From Octopus sinensis (lineage: Eukaryota): 64,000 nucleotides of DNA. How positions within the stretch are numbered: the stretch's first letter is position 1; the number at the start of each line of letters is the position of its first letter. Under the pieces are notes generated by a model. It saw nothing but the letters and a program-made list of their open reading frames with translations. It had not been told where the DNA came from and made no database searches. Where the stretch lies: positions 14,942,001 through 15,006,000 of the forward strand of contig NC_043000.1 in the NCBI RefSeq assembly GCF_006345805.1, written 5' to 3'. The translations under genes and the position numbers were made by a program. Positions 36,344 through 47,754 of the stretch are shown here, in pieces.

Positions 36344-39300
36344 ATTCGGAGAATTTGAGCACGTCAACTTCCTCCACAACATTTTCTAGTTATCGTGCAT
36401 TCTTTGTTAAGGATCTAGTGTCGAAGAAAAACTTCATGGTGGACACTGGTTTTTGTTGCAGTATTTGGCCACTGCGTTGCACAACCGACAGGCCAAAACG
36501 ATCTAACGTCATCTTGCACGCTATTGACTCGTCACCAATAGCCACATTCGGTCAGATCTCGTTACGCCTTGATATTAATCTTCGTCGAGACTTTCAATGG
36601 GTTTTTGTCATTGCCGACATTCCGCATCCTATTTTAGGTGCGGATTTTCTGGATAAATTTGATTTGTTGGTAGATGTCAGATGTCGGAGGTTGGTCGATA
36701 GTTCGACTACACTCTCCACGCCGACCGGAGAATCTACCAATTTAGCTCTTAGCCCGACATTTTTTGTCGGTACATCTGGAGATGTTTTTCACTCTCTTTT
36801 AGCTTCTTTTCCAGAGCTATATGATGTTACCTTTAGGGTGGCTAAGCCATTGCATTCGACACGACACTTTATAACAACAACTGGACCTCCTGTTTTTTCA
36901 CGTCCAAGGCGTCTTGCACCTGATCGACTTAAAACTGCTAGGGCTGAGTTTGAGCATATGCTCCAGCTCGGTCTGATACGCCCCTCCACCAGTCCATGGG
37001 CATCTCCCCTTCATTTAGTAAGAAAAGGGGATACAGATTTTCGCCCGGTGGGAGATTATCGGCGTCTAAATTCGGTGACGATTCCGGACAAATATCCCAT
37101 AAGGATTTTAAACGATTTTTCGGCAAATTTACATGGCTGTACTATTTTTTCTAAGGTTGACCTCATACGTGCCTACCATCAAATACCGGTCAACTCAGAC
37201 GATATTCCTAAAACAGCAATTACTACTCCTTTTGGCTGTTTCGAATTTTTATTTATGAGTTTTGGTTTGAGGAATGCCACTAGTACTTTCCAACGGTTTA
37301 TAGATGAAGTTGTTCGCGGACTTGATTTTGTGTTCGCGTATGTCGATGATATTCTAATCGCAAGTGATACGCATGAAAATCATCTCCTGCACTTGTCTCA
37401 GCTTTTTCAGCGTCTTCGCGACTATGGTGTTCGCATTAATCCAGACAAGTGTGTTTTTGGGCAACCATCTCTTAATTTTCTCGGTCATTATATTGACTCG
37501 AGAGGAATCAAACCATTCTCATCCAAAGTCGATGCTATTCAGCGCATCGCACCACCTTCTTCTTTGCGTCAACTTCGCCATTTTTTAGGCATAGTAAATT
37601 TCTATAGACGTTTCATAGATCGGTGTGCAGACAAGTTGTTACCTTTAACACAGATGCTAAAGGGCAATTCCAAGAAGGACGCCCGTCTTGCTCTTTCGGC
37701 TGAAGCACTATCTGCCTTTAATTTAGTTAAAAAGGAAGTAGCTTCAGTCCCTATTTTGGCACATCCGGCTCCTAATGCTCCACTTACTTTATCTGTGGAC
37801 GCATCAGAGTCTGCAATTGGCGCTGTTTTGCAGCACACCGTAGAGGGTGAAGTTAAACCTTTAGCTTTCTTTTCTTGTCAGCTAAAGCCAGCTGAACGCA
37901 GATATAGTACTTTTGATCGAGAGTTACTAGCGATCTATCTGTCAGTTCGGCATTTTCAACACCAGCTCGAGGGACGAGAGTTTGTGATTTATACTGATCA
38001 CAAGCCCCTTACTTTTGCACTATCTTCTAAAACGGTTAAACTCTCTCCTCGTGCTTTCCGTCACCTGGACTATATTTCTCAATTTACAAGTGACATTAGG
38101 CATGTGCCAGGGACGGAGAACATCCCGGCTGATGCGCTCTCTAGACTCGCTGTCAATTCCATTTCCTCTCCTGCAGCAATTGATTTAACTGCTATTTCGC
38201 AGGACCAACAACCTTTAGAGGAGTTGGATTTAGCTTCACCTAGGTTTATTAACTGCAGGTTTGCCTACCTCCAGCTCCCTACAGCGGAAGGCTCTATTCT
38301 TTGTGACGTTTCTACCGGTTCACCTAGACCATTAGTACCTGAGAAACATCAACGTTCTGTGTTTGATGCTCTTCATTCACTGTCACATCCAGGTATCTCT
38401 GCCACAGTAAAGCTTGTTACCGCTCGGTTCTTCTGGCCCAATATGCGACGATCAATTACCTCTTGGGCACGCTCTTGTTTGAGGTGCCAGAGTGCTAAAG
38501 TCCATAGACACGTTCGTGCTCCACTTGGACAATTTTCCTCTCCTGAAGCCCGTTTTCGCCATATCCACCTTGATTTGGTTGGACCATGGCCTGTGAGTCG
38601 CGGGTTCTCATACATCTTAACTTGTATTGATCGTTTTTCACGCTGGCCGGAAGCTATTCCTATAGCAGACATTTCAGCTGAAACTGTTGCGAGGGCTTTC
38701 GTATCTAATTGGATTTCGAGGTATGGTGTACCGTACAGTTTAACCACAGATCGTGGTCGACAATTCGAGTCTGCATTGTTTCGTGAGTTATCACGAATCC
38801 TGGGGATGCATCATATACGCACCACAAGTTACCACCCCGCTTCTAATGGGATGGTGGAGCGTTTCCATAGGCAACTTAAGGCCGCTTTGCGTGCCTCGCC
38901 GAATCCACAGTCATGGACTGAATTTCTACCGATCGTCCTGCTTGGATGTCGGACTGCGATTAAAGCAGACCTTGGTTTTTCGTCTGCCGAGCTCTTGTAT
39001 GGTACCACACTGGCATTGCCTGGTACGATGTTGGTGCCAGACAAGTCACAGTCTCTTAATTTAGAGTCTTATGTTGCTCGATTACGCAGATATTTTTCTG
39101 CCCTTCCTCCTATGGACCCTCGACACCAAAATCCTCCTTCTAGTGTGCCATCAGACCTTAATTCTTGGACGCATGTTTTTATTCGTGATGATTCTGTCAA
39201 AGGACCTCTTGTTTCTCCTTATAAAGGACCTTTTCGTGTGATTTCTCGCACGCCGAAGGTATTCAAACTTGAAATTAACGGTCGTTCGGAGACCGTCTCC

Positions 39301-39546
39301 GTAGATCGTCTTAAAAGGGCATATTTTGAGGTGTCCACATCTTTTAATGACCCCACTGCCACAACCATCGTTGAACCTTCACATGCACCTTTGACAACAC
39401 CACTATTTACACATGCACCATTATCAACACCAACATCGACAACACCACCTTCGTCGTCGCAGCCTGCCTCGAACAGACCTTATGTTACGAGGTCAGGCAG
39501 AACTGTTCACTGGCCGAAAAAACTTTCCAAAACTATTTATATTTGA
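36334..39546 (+). CDS. pol: Pol polyprotein (protease, reverse transcriptase, RNase H, integrase)
   Basis: ORF 36355-39546 (1063 aa; frame open from 36331): VDTG protease, YVDD RT, DAS...ELLA...TDHKPL RNase H, HHCC plus DDE integrase, PYKGPF. Confidence 0.96.
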   Translation, partial: FKLDSENLSTSTSSTTFSSYRAFFVKDLVSKKNFMVDTGFCCSIWPLRCTTDRPKRSNVILHAIDSSPIATFGQISLRLDINLRRDFQWVFVIADIPHPILGADFLDKFDLLVDVRCRRLVDSSTTLSTPTGESTNLALSPTFFVGTSGDVFHSLLASFPELYDVTFRVAKPLHSTRHFITTTGPPVFSRPRRLAPDRLKTARAEFEHMLQLGLIRPSTSPWASPLHLVRKGDTDFRPVGDYRRLNSVTIPDKYPIRILNDFSANLHGCTIFSKVDLIRAYHQIPVNSDDIPKTAITTPFGCFEFLFMSFGLRNATSTFQRFIDEVVRGLDFVFAYVDDILIASDTHENHLLHLSQLFQRLRDYGVRINPDKCVFGQPSLNFLGHYIDSRGIKPFSSKVDAIQRIAPPSSLRQLRHFLGIVNFYRRFIDRCADKLLPLTQMLKGNSKKDARLALSAEALSAFNLVKKEVASVPILAHPAPNAPLTLSVDASESAIGAVLQHTVEGEVKPLAFFSCQLKPAERRYSTFDRELLAIYLSVRHFQHQLEGREFVIYTDHKPLTFALSSKTVKLSPRAFRHLDYISQFTSDIRHVPGTENIPADALSRLAVNSISSPAAIDLTAISQDQQPLEELDLASPRFINCRFAYLQLPTAEGSILCDVSTGSPRPLVPEKHQRSVFDALHSLSHPGISATVKLVTARFFWPNMRRSITSWARSCLRCQSAKVHRHVRAPLGQFSSPEARFRHIHLDLVGPWPVSRGFSYILTCIDRFSRWPEAIPIADISAETVARAFVSNWISRYGVPYSLTTDRGRQFESALFRELSRILGMHHIRTTSYHPASNGMVERFHRQLKAALRASPNPQSWTEFLPIVLLGCRTAIKADLGFSSAELLYGTTLALPGTMLVPDKSQSLNLESYVARLRRYFSALPPMDPRHQNPPSSVPSDLNSWTHVFIRDDSVKGPLVSPYKGPFRVISRTPKVFKLEINGRSETVSVDRLKRAYFEVSTSFNDPTATTIVEPSHAPLTTPLFTHAPLSTPTSTTPPSSSQPASNRPYVTRSGRTVHWPKKLSKTIYI

Positions 39547-39763
39547 CATTTTCAATTGTCTTCCCAGTGACAGTTCAATACTCATTGAACCTTGCTCATT
39601 TTGAGTATTTTTTCTCTTTTTACCTTTTAGGTGAATTTTTTTTTTTTTTGTTTTGTTTTAATGTATTATATTGTGTGTTATTTTGGTTGTCTGGTATCCA
39701 CCTTGAGTTTTGCAGTCACTACAAGAAGTTTGCTTCGTGCATACGCACTTGTGGGGGAGCCTT

Positions 39764-40335
39764 TGTAGTGACGCTATACAACAGCGCGCGCGCGCAACGC
39801 CCTTTTCTGATTCGCGCGTGTTTTCATCAACAGAAGAGGGAATATTGCTATCGTGGAATTAGCTGATTGGCTAGGAAAAGCGACCCTTAGAAAAGAGGCA
39901 AGGGAACGCAAAAACCTTGACCATCAGCGTCCAGCAGAGACAGCAGAGACAGCAGAGACAGCAGAAGGCCTTTGATACCAGCAGACGTATATTTTCTCTC
40001 TGTCCGAGTTTGATAGCAGTCGGCTGAAGATTTTAACCAAATTGTTGCAGACAACATCGTCTTCATTATTTCGCGGCCATCTTTAACCCGTTCTGTTTTT
40101 AGCGGCTGAACATTGTAAATCTTACAAGCGATTAACTTTCAGCCTTGCGCGCCCAGAACCAAGGATATCAGATATACCACTGATTTCTCACCGGTATAAA
40201 ACAATAAAGTATATCTATTTTTTACGTCTGCGTTTTGTGTTTCTTTGACTGGTAGAATCTGGATTTAAAAGCAACGGATAGTGATTGCTTCTCGCACCCC
40301 AAAAGGTCCAGAGAAGATATTCACATTTCCTTACA
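39764..40335 (+). repeat. 3' LTR (572 bp)
   Basis: Differs from the 5' LTR by one extra 9-bp agcagagac unit and about two substitutions seen by eye. Confidence 0.97.
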
Positions 40336-42250
40336 CTCTTTACTCTTTTACTTGTTTCATTCATTTGACTGCGGCCACGCTGGAGCACCGCCTTTAGCCG
40401 AGCAAATCGACCCCAAGTCTTATTTTTTGTAAGCCTAGTACTTATTCTATCGGTCTCTTTTGCCGAACCGCTAAGTTATGGGGACGTAAACACACCAGCA
40501 TCGGTTGTCAAGCGATGTTGGGGGGACAACTAGAGACACACAAGCACACACATATACGACGGGCTTCTTTCACTTTCCGTCTACCAAATCCACTCACAAG
40601 GCTTTGGTCGGCCCGAGGCTATAGTAGAAGACACTTGCCCAAGGTACCACGCAGTGGGACTGAACCCGGAACCATGTGATTGGTAAGCAAGCTACTTACC
40701 ACACAGCCACTCCTGCGCTTATGTTTGTATATTTTTAAATGCGTCATTAAGTTTGTGTGATTCGAGGAGAAGAGTGTATATTTACCATTTCAACCTTACA
40801 TTCCTTTAACCGTTATAATGATGTTGTGTTTACTCATAATACTTGTGTGGACTGAGTCACTTAGTTAAGTGTTTTGGACATGAGATATAGACCATCAGCT
40901 GGTTCAACAAAACAATATTGACTCTGAGGCTGTGACTCTATATACATCTAACATTAGTTTCATATAAATACATATCGTCATTTAACGTTTGTTGTCCATG
41001 CTGGCATGGGTTGGACAGTGTGACCCAGAGCTGGCAAGCTGGGGAGCTACACCAGAACCCAGTCTGATTTGGCATGGTTTCTACAGCTGGATGCCCTTCC
41101 TAATGCCAACCACTTTACAGATGGTGCTGGGTGCTTTTATATGGCACTGCACGGGCACTTTTACATGGCTCTTCCACAAATGCTTTACACCACTAGAAGA
41201 ATTAGTCTTCATACTTCTGCTGTAGGGTATGAGTCTTCTTGAGTATGGCCAGGTGCCAGGTATCTTGGTCCTTTGTCATCTTGCCTGAAAGGTTCGGCTT
41301 CCTGAAGTTATTCTTCAGTACTTCATCCCGTGTCTTCCTGGGTCTCCCACTTTTACGTGTTCCATCATCATCATCGTTTAACATCCACTTTCCATGCTAG
41401 CATGGGTTGGACAATTTTGACTGAGGGCTGGCGAACCAGATGGCTGCACCAGGCTCCAATCTGATCTGGCAGAGTTTCTGCAGCTGGATGCCCTTCCTAA
41501 CACCAACAACTCCGAGAGTGTAGTGGGTGCTTTTATGTGCCACCAGCACAAGGGCCGGTCAGGCGGTACTGGCAACGGCCACGCTCAAATGGTGCTTTTT
41601 TGTGCCACCTGCACATGAGCCAGTCCAGTGGCACTGGCAACAACCTTGCGCGAATGTTTTTTCATGTGCCACCAGCACAAGTACCAGTTTGAGAAATCAG
41701 CACTTCTTTATTGAGCTATCCACAACTCACCATATTTTAGCTAGAACACAGTGATATATTGAAATAAATCAACTTTATTGCCTTCTGGCAATAGCCAACC
41801 CATACTTGAAGTATTTTGCTATGAGATATTTGGTATATTAAAACTAAAACTACAGGAAAACACAAAATAAGTTTGTCTGACAAATAGTATTATTTAGTAA
41901 AATTATGAAAATTATAGAATGCTATAATGTTAATGTGACATATTCACTTATGTATAAGTTGTGATTTTTTTTTTTGCTGACAACTTCAATGAAAAAATTC
42001 AGGGATGCAAGAAATTACATCATGTGGATTATAAAAGCTTTGTGTCAATTTTTCTGGCCAAAGTATGGAGTGTTATGATGCACAATAACTACAGATGAAT
42101 GCAGGTATTGAAGTTGAGAGACTGACTAATTGACTGGCGTTTAGCTGCTGAGAGACATCATATCTGATGAACTAGCTTACTGGTACTTGTACACAAATTG
42201 AAATTTTACAGAATAACAAGACATTGATATTAACCCTGATTGTGTATATT

Positions 42251-42578
42251 GTGAGGGCGCGTGGCTTAGTGGTTAGGGCATTCGGCTTATGATCGTAAGG
42301 TTGTGAGTTCGATTCCCGGCGACGCGTTGTGTCCTTGAGCAAGACACTTTATTTCACGTTGCTCCAGTCCACTCAGCTGGCAAAAATGAGTTGTACTTGT
42401 ATTTCAAAGGGTCAGCCTTGTCACTCTCTGTGTCACGCTGATTATCCCCGAGAACTACGTTAAGGGTACACGTGTCTGTGGAATGCTCAGCCATTTGCAC
42501 GTTAATTCCACGAGTAAGCTGTTCCGTTGATCGTATCAGCTGGGACCCTCGTCGTCGTAACTGGCGGAGTCTTTGAGA
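42251..42578 (+). mobile_element. tRNA-derived SINE with a different head and tail type 1
   Basis: 11-bp TSD ATTGTGTATAT; shares the 3' half with 8922-9296. Confidence 0.8.
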
Positions 42579-44412
42579 ATTGTGTATATAGAGAGCTTTC
42601 ACATCATATTAATGTTGTATATGATGGTGGAGAGAGAGCACTGCGTAAATGATAGTGCCGGGTGAAAGGTAGTGTTCCTTTTTGACTCCACGTGTGTTGT
42701 GCTTAAAAACGTGTTTATATTCTTGGATGTGATAAAGTGTAGAATTAGATTAATTATTATCCTGCTTCCAGCTTCAGTGTTACTACCAGGATCTGAAAAA
42801 TAGGGCACATCTCCCCCACTTATTTTGTGATTTAGGGGGGATTTTTGAAAAACAAGGGGGAATTTGCAGTGATGTTTGGTGAACAAATTAAGCACACTAT
42901 CTGACAGTGGTTAAAATGCAAACCAATCAAGTTTATGTATAAATGTTCTTTTTATATATTTGTTTCCTTTTACACAATATTAAAACAATGGCTAAGAATT
43001 TTCTGAAGCAGTACTCCCACTAATTTTATCTACGAGCTACCAATGCTTATATATGGAGTTAGACCTCCCCAATAATTAATTATAGTGACCTCATTATCAG
43101 AGCTAGTTTTTTTTTAATGACATGTTAGGTAACACCATCATTTTAAGGCGGCGAGCTGGCAGAAATGTTAGTGCGCCAGGCGAAATGCTTAGCGGTATTT
43201 CGTCTGCCGCTATGTTCTGAGTTCAAATTCCGCTGAGGTCGACTTTGCCTTTCATCCTTTCGGGGTCAATAAATTAAGTACCAGTTACGCACTGGGGTCG
43301 ATCTAATCGACTTAATACCTATGTCTGTCCTTGTTTGTCCCCTCTATGTTTAGCCCCTTGTAGGTAATAAAGAAATAGGTATTTCGTCTGCCGCTATGTT
43401 CTGCGTTCAAATTCTGCTGAGGTCGACTTTGCCTTTCATCCTATTGGGGTCGATAAATTAAGTACCAGTTACGCACTGGGGTCGATGTAATCGACTTAAT
43501 CCATTTGTCCTTGTTTAGCCCCTTGTGGGTAGTAAAGAAATAGGTAATCCCAGCATGGTTTCTCCTGCAAACATGGAGGCTATGGATATGGTGCAAGGAA
43601 TGAAAAGAGGATAAAGGTTCTTTGAATTTTGTGATGTAAATGACACAAACATTTGCAACACTAACTTCAGGAAAGCAACTAGTGATCTGACCAGGCAAAC
43701 ATGCAAGCCAAATTGACTCACCAGGATACAGGATAAACAGATAATTGTGAATTAAGATTTTTTTTACTGGTGAAGAATCATCATCATCATCATTTAACGT
43801 CCGCTTTCCATGCTAGCATGGGTTAGACGATTTGACTGAGGTCTGGCGAAAAAGACTCCAATCTGATCTGGCAGAGTTTCTACAGCTGGATGCCCTTCCT
43901 AACACCAACCACTCCGAGAGTATAGTCAGTCTGAGAGTGTAGGACCACACTCAATTTAGACTATTGAATAAAACAAACAGCTGAACCCAGAGACACAAGA
44001 CAATTCAGAGAAAGAAAATGTGAAAGTTAAAAAATCCCTTTCAAGTGATAAAACATTTCAAGAGTGAGAAAAGACACAAACCTATAACATAGAGGACAAC
44101 TAGAAATTTATTATAGACCACTTGCTGTGAGCTGTAAACCAGATTTATGGTTGAAACAAGGTTCTAACCAAATCAAAAGAGATATGGTGTTGGAATGGTA
44201 GAGAAAACGGAGCTATTAAAGGCTAAAAGGCTTAGAATGACTGGAAGTGGGACATAGGAAACAATATTAAGTAGCAAGAAGTGAACTACATAAACATTGT
44301 AGCATAGAGAGAAGCTGAAAGTGAGAGGCTTGCCAAGATTCTGTTACAAGAGATTCAAAAGCATGAGTTGTTCTGGCGATCTTTCGTTTTAACTCGAAAT
44401 AATGTAAACATT

Positions 44413-44837
44413 ATTAAATCTCAGAATGAGATTGAAACAGTAATCACTCGATAATGTAAAGTATAGAAGCCATCTTATCATGGCTAACCACATTGGGGAG
44501 GGGGTGTTACTGTAGCTTTATAGCCCCAAGAGATCGTCGTCTCTAGCTGGCTTTAGACACAATATCAGTGCCCTTGGAGTATTTGCAAAGGGAGGCCATC
44601 CCTTCCTCGCAAGCCTGAGTGATACGCTCGAACTAGTTTCGGGATTTTTGTCCCTTGTCAACGGGCGGTAACCACCAGGTCGCGATGAAAGTGAAGGCTG
44701 CTTTGCAAATATATAAGTTTTTCTAGTGGCGTCTGCCACTGATTTCGAAAAACTGACAGTAAGCATAATTAAATCTCAGAATGAGATTGAAACAGTAATC
44801 GCTCGATAATGTAAAGTATAGAAGCCATCTTATCATG
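44413..44837 (-). mobile_element. Hammerhead-containing retrozyme or Penelope-pLTR-like element (355-nt monomer plus 70-nt redundancy)
   Basis: 44413-44482 is repeated at 44768-44837; flanking ATGTAAACATT duplication (44402-44412 and 44835-44845); internal hammerhead motif. Confidence 0.75.
44623..44670 (-). ncRNA. Minimal type I hammerhead ribozyme, U3-A8 variant
   Basis: Minus strand: TACCGCCCG-TTGACAA-GGGA caaaaa TCCC-GAAA-CTAG-TT-CGAGCGTA. Stems I and II pair, and the stem III region is the palindrome ACTAGT. Confidence 0.7.
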
Positions 44838-44846
44838 TAAACATTG

Positions 44847-45203
44847 AATTCGGTCATTTCCGTGACCACATGTTGTCTTGTCAGTTGGGAAGAGAAAGCT
44901 AACGGGTTGTGCATGCTTGTTACTCTGTGTGTGTGTGTGTGTGTGCTTATTTTTGTTTGTGTGCGTGCTTGTTCTTGTTTGTGCATGTGTGTGCCTGTTT
45001 GTTCCTGTGTGTTATTTCTACATTCCACAACATATAAATACAAAAAAAAACAGAACAGACACATATATACACAGAAGAACAAGCACGCACACACACACAC
45101 ACATATGCACGCACAAACAAGCACGTACACACGTACACAGGAACAAGCACGCACGCGCAACTGACAATTGACAAGACAACATGTGGTCACGGAAATGACC
45201 GAT
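44847..45203. repeat. MITE with ~40-bp TIRs and inverted TG/CA microsatellite interior
   Basis: tcggtcatttccgtgaccacatgttgtcttgtca and tgacaagacaacatgtggtcacggaaatgaccga; CATTG on both flanks. Confidence 0.75.
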
Positions 45204-46767
45204 TCATTGTGGCTTTATTGAGAAAATTCTATAGTTTGTAAGATATTTGTTGTTGTTTTTTCTTCAATTTCTGCAATTTCAACCAATCAATGACGTCTAT
45301 TGAGGTGAAAACATTCTGTGCCGTATGAATATGTCCCTCGTTTAAGAAACAGATTGGGATTATTTACATTTCTGAAGAAAAAAAGATACCCTTCCCCCCA
45401 CCCCTAACCCTAACTCTAACCCTAACCCTATAATAGATTGAAATGCAATAGATCGATACTAGGGTCATAATTATGAGTGACAATTTCATATGACACCGCT
45501 AGAAAAAACTGCCGTTCAAACCGAAAAGATCCTAAAATGTTTGTATGCTAGTAAGAAAGTGAATTTTGTGAAATAATACAAAATGGTAAGAGCATCTTAC
45601 CAATCTACAGTTATTGCATTCTGTCAACAAGATGGCATGATTTTTTTGTAAGAAAGTTTCACGTTTGTGAGAGTGAGTCATCCAGCTTCCCACCAGCCAA
45701 AAAAAATTTTTTTCAAATTTTGGTACAAAGCCAGCAATTTTAGGGAAGGGACAAGTTGATTGCATTGGTCCCAGTACTAGACTGGCAATTTATTTAGCGA
45801 CCCCAAAAGGGTGAAAGGCAAAGTTGACCTCGGCAGTATTTGAAGTTATCATCATCGTTTAACATCCGCTTTCCATGCTAGCATGGGTTGGACGATTTGA
45901 CCGAGGACTGGCAAACCAGATGGCTGTGCCAGGCCCCAGTCTGATCTGGCAGAGTATCTACAGCTGGATGCCCTTCCTAACGCCAACCACTCCGAGAGTG
46001 TAGTGGGTGCTTCTACATGCCACCGACACAAGGGCCAGTCTGGTGGTACTGGCAATGGTCACGCTCGAAATGGTGTTTTTTTCGTGCCACCTGCACAGGA
46101 GTCAGTCCAGCAGCACTGGCAACGACCTCGCTCGAATGTTTTGTTCACGTGCCACCAGCAGGGAAGCCAGACAGCTGCTCTGGCAGTGATCCCGCTCGAA
46201 TGGAGTTGTTAGCGCTCCACTGGCATGGGTGCCAGTCATCGAATTTGGTTCAATTTCGATTTCACTTGCCCCAACAGGTCTTCGTAAGAAGAGTTTAGTG
46301 TCCAATGAAGGGAGGTTGGCATGGGTGCCAGTCGTTGAATTTGGTTCGATTTCGATTGCCTCAACAGGTCTTCGCAAGCAGAGTTTTGTGTCCAAAGAAG
46401 GAAAGGTATGCATCTGGATGGGGGGCAGCATTATGTCCGACGTGTTAAGAATTACACCTATTCGCCGCCTTAACCCCCAGATAATAAATACTATTTATTT
46501 ATTTATGTTTATTCTGCTCGAGTCAGGCTTTATGAAACGTTAAAAGAATGATTTTGGTATTACACAAGTTTAAAAAAGAAAAAAATACGAAACTATAAAA
46601 GAAACACGTTTTGAATTTACAGAAAAAAAAAACTACGCTTGAGAAAAGTTAAGAAAGGAGTTTAATTAATTGAGAACCGGGTGAACCGATGAATCATTTG
46701 TAATATCTCTATGGCGCAACTTATCGTCTGTTGTTATCGAAGCAGACAAGTTTTTTTATATTTTATA

Positions 46768-47020
46768 TATTTCTTTACTACCCACAAGGGGCTAAACACA
46801 GAGGGGACAGACAAAGGGATTAAGTCGACTACATCGACCCCAGTGCGTAACTGGTACTTAATTTATCGACCCCGAAAGGATGAAAGGTAAAGTCGGCCTC
46901 GGCGGAATTTGAACTCGGAACGTAACGACAGACGAAATACGGCTACGAAATAAAGAAATTTAGACGAAATACGGCTACGAATTTCGCCCGGCGTGCTAAC
47001 GTTTCTACCAGCTCCCCGCC
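46768..47020 (-). mobile_element. SINE family C inserted in the CCP110 promoter
   Basis: 12-bp TSD TTATATTTTATA; further copies at 5357-5577, 10420-10620, 20478-20703, 43145-43545 (partial dimer), 53234-53470, 60726-60940. Confidence 0.85.
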
Positions 47021-47039
47021 TTATATTTTATAACACATG

Positions 47040-47140
47040 TTTTCATTGGATAACACTGTAAACATTAGCATAGTGATGACCAATTATAGAAAGCATTTCA
47101 GCATAAATTCGGTGAATCTCCGGAATGTTTCAAAATGGCG
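47040..47140 (+). promoter_or_regulatory. Putative CCP110 promoter
   Basis: ATTGG (47045) and CCAAT (47080) about 35 bp apart; TTCAAA (reverse CHR-like) at 47129; AAAATGGCG YY1-like motif over the ATG. Confidence 0.5.
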
Positions 47141-47178
47141 CTTGCTGGACAACCTAACTTGACTGATGCAGAAGAAAT
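47135..47178 (+). CDS. CCP110: Centriolar coiled-coil protein 110, probable first coding exon
   Basis: caaaATGGCG context; MALAGQPNLTDAEE; gttcgt donor in phase 2 joins in frame to the exon at 51763; CCAAT boxes just upstream. Confidence 0.65.
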
Positions 47179-47754
47179 GTTCGTTGAACCTTTGTTTAAT
47201 TATCTTGTTTCCCTTTAAACTTCCTGTGATAACTAACACGAATAATACTCGTCTTAGTATAGTGAGATTTGTGTTAACGATTACTAATCCTCATGTAACT
47301 AAGTTGTTTTCGTTCGTTTAATCATATCCAAACATGTTTTTGTGTGTTTTTTTTTAAATAATTTATCCTTTCATTTACATGTTTTGTTTTTCTTTGTTGT
47401 AGTTTTGCTAAAGAGAGAAATTCTATTAGTATTTGTACTATATCTATTCCGTGGTTAGTCTGTAGAAACTTTTCTGTAGCTAAAAAGTTAAAATCTAGGA
47501 CACTTCCCTTCTCGCGTGTATACTAAGGAGGGACCTTAGGAAGCTTCTTAGTATGAGAGTGGTAGTCCTAACTATTCATACCAAGGAAGCTTCTTAGTGT
47601 GAGAGTGATAGTTCTAACTATTCAGGCTTAGCAGTTTTTAAATCGCAAATTCCCAGGATGGCTCGAAACTTTACACTAACAGTTGCTGAGTCGACAAAAT
47701 GTTCTGAATACAAATCGTAAAATTAGTGCAAAATAAAAAGGAAATAGTCAGAAA

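Larger units (their letters stand above)
34612..40335 (+). mobile_element. Full-length Ty3/Gypsy LTR retrotransposon, CsRn1/Boudicca/Kabuki-like clade
   Basis: TG...CA LTRs; 4-bp TSD CTCT (34608-34611 and 40336-40339); tRNA-Trp PBS; CHCC Gag knuckle; PR-RT-RH-IN order with GPY/F motif; polypurine tract gtgggggag at 39751. Confidence 0.97.

Noticed and set aside
40815-40930. C/D-box-like pattern ATGATGT...CTGA...ATGAGA...CTGA
   Set aside because: Box C is imperfect, the terminal stem is weak, and I recognised no rRNA or snRNA complement.
44723-45190. Cluster of overlapping 75-155 aa ORFs
   Set aside because: They arise from TG/CA microsatellite sequence inside a MITE.
45402-45430. (CCCTAA)n telomere-like tract
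   Set aside because: Only about 5 imperfect units inside a dispersed repeat; not evidence of a chromosome end or fusion.
47538-47624. 45-bp tandem duplication in CCP110 intron 1
   Set aside because: A simple local duplication with no further structure.
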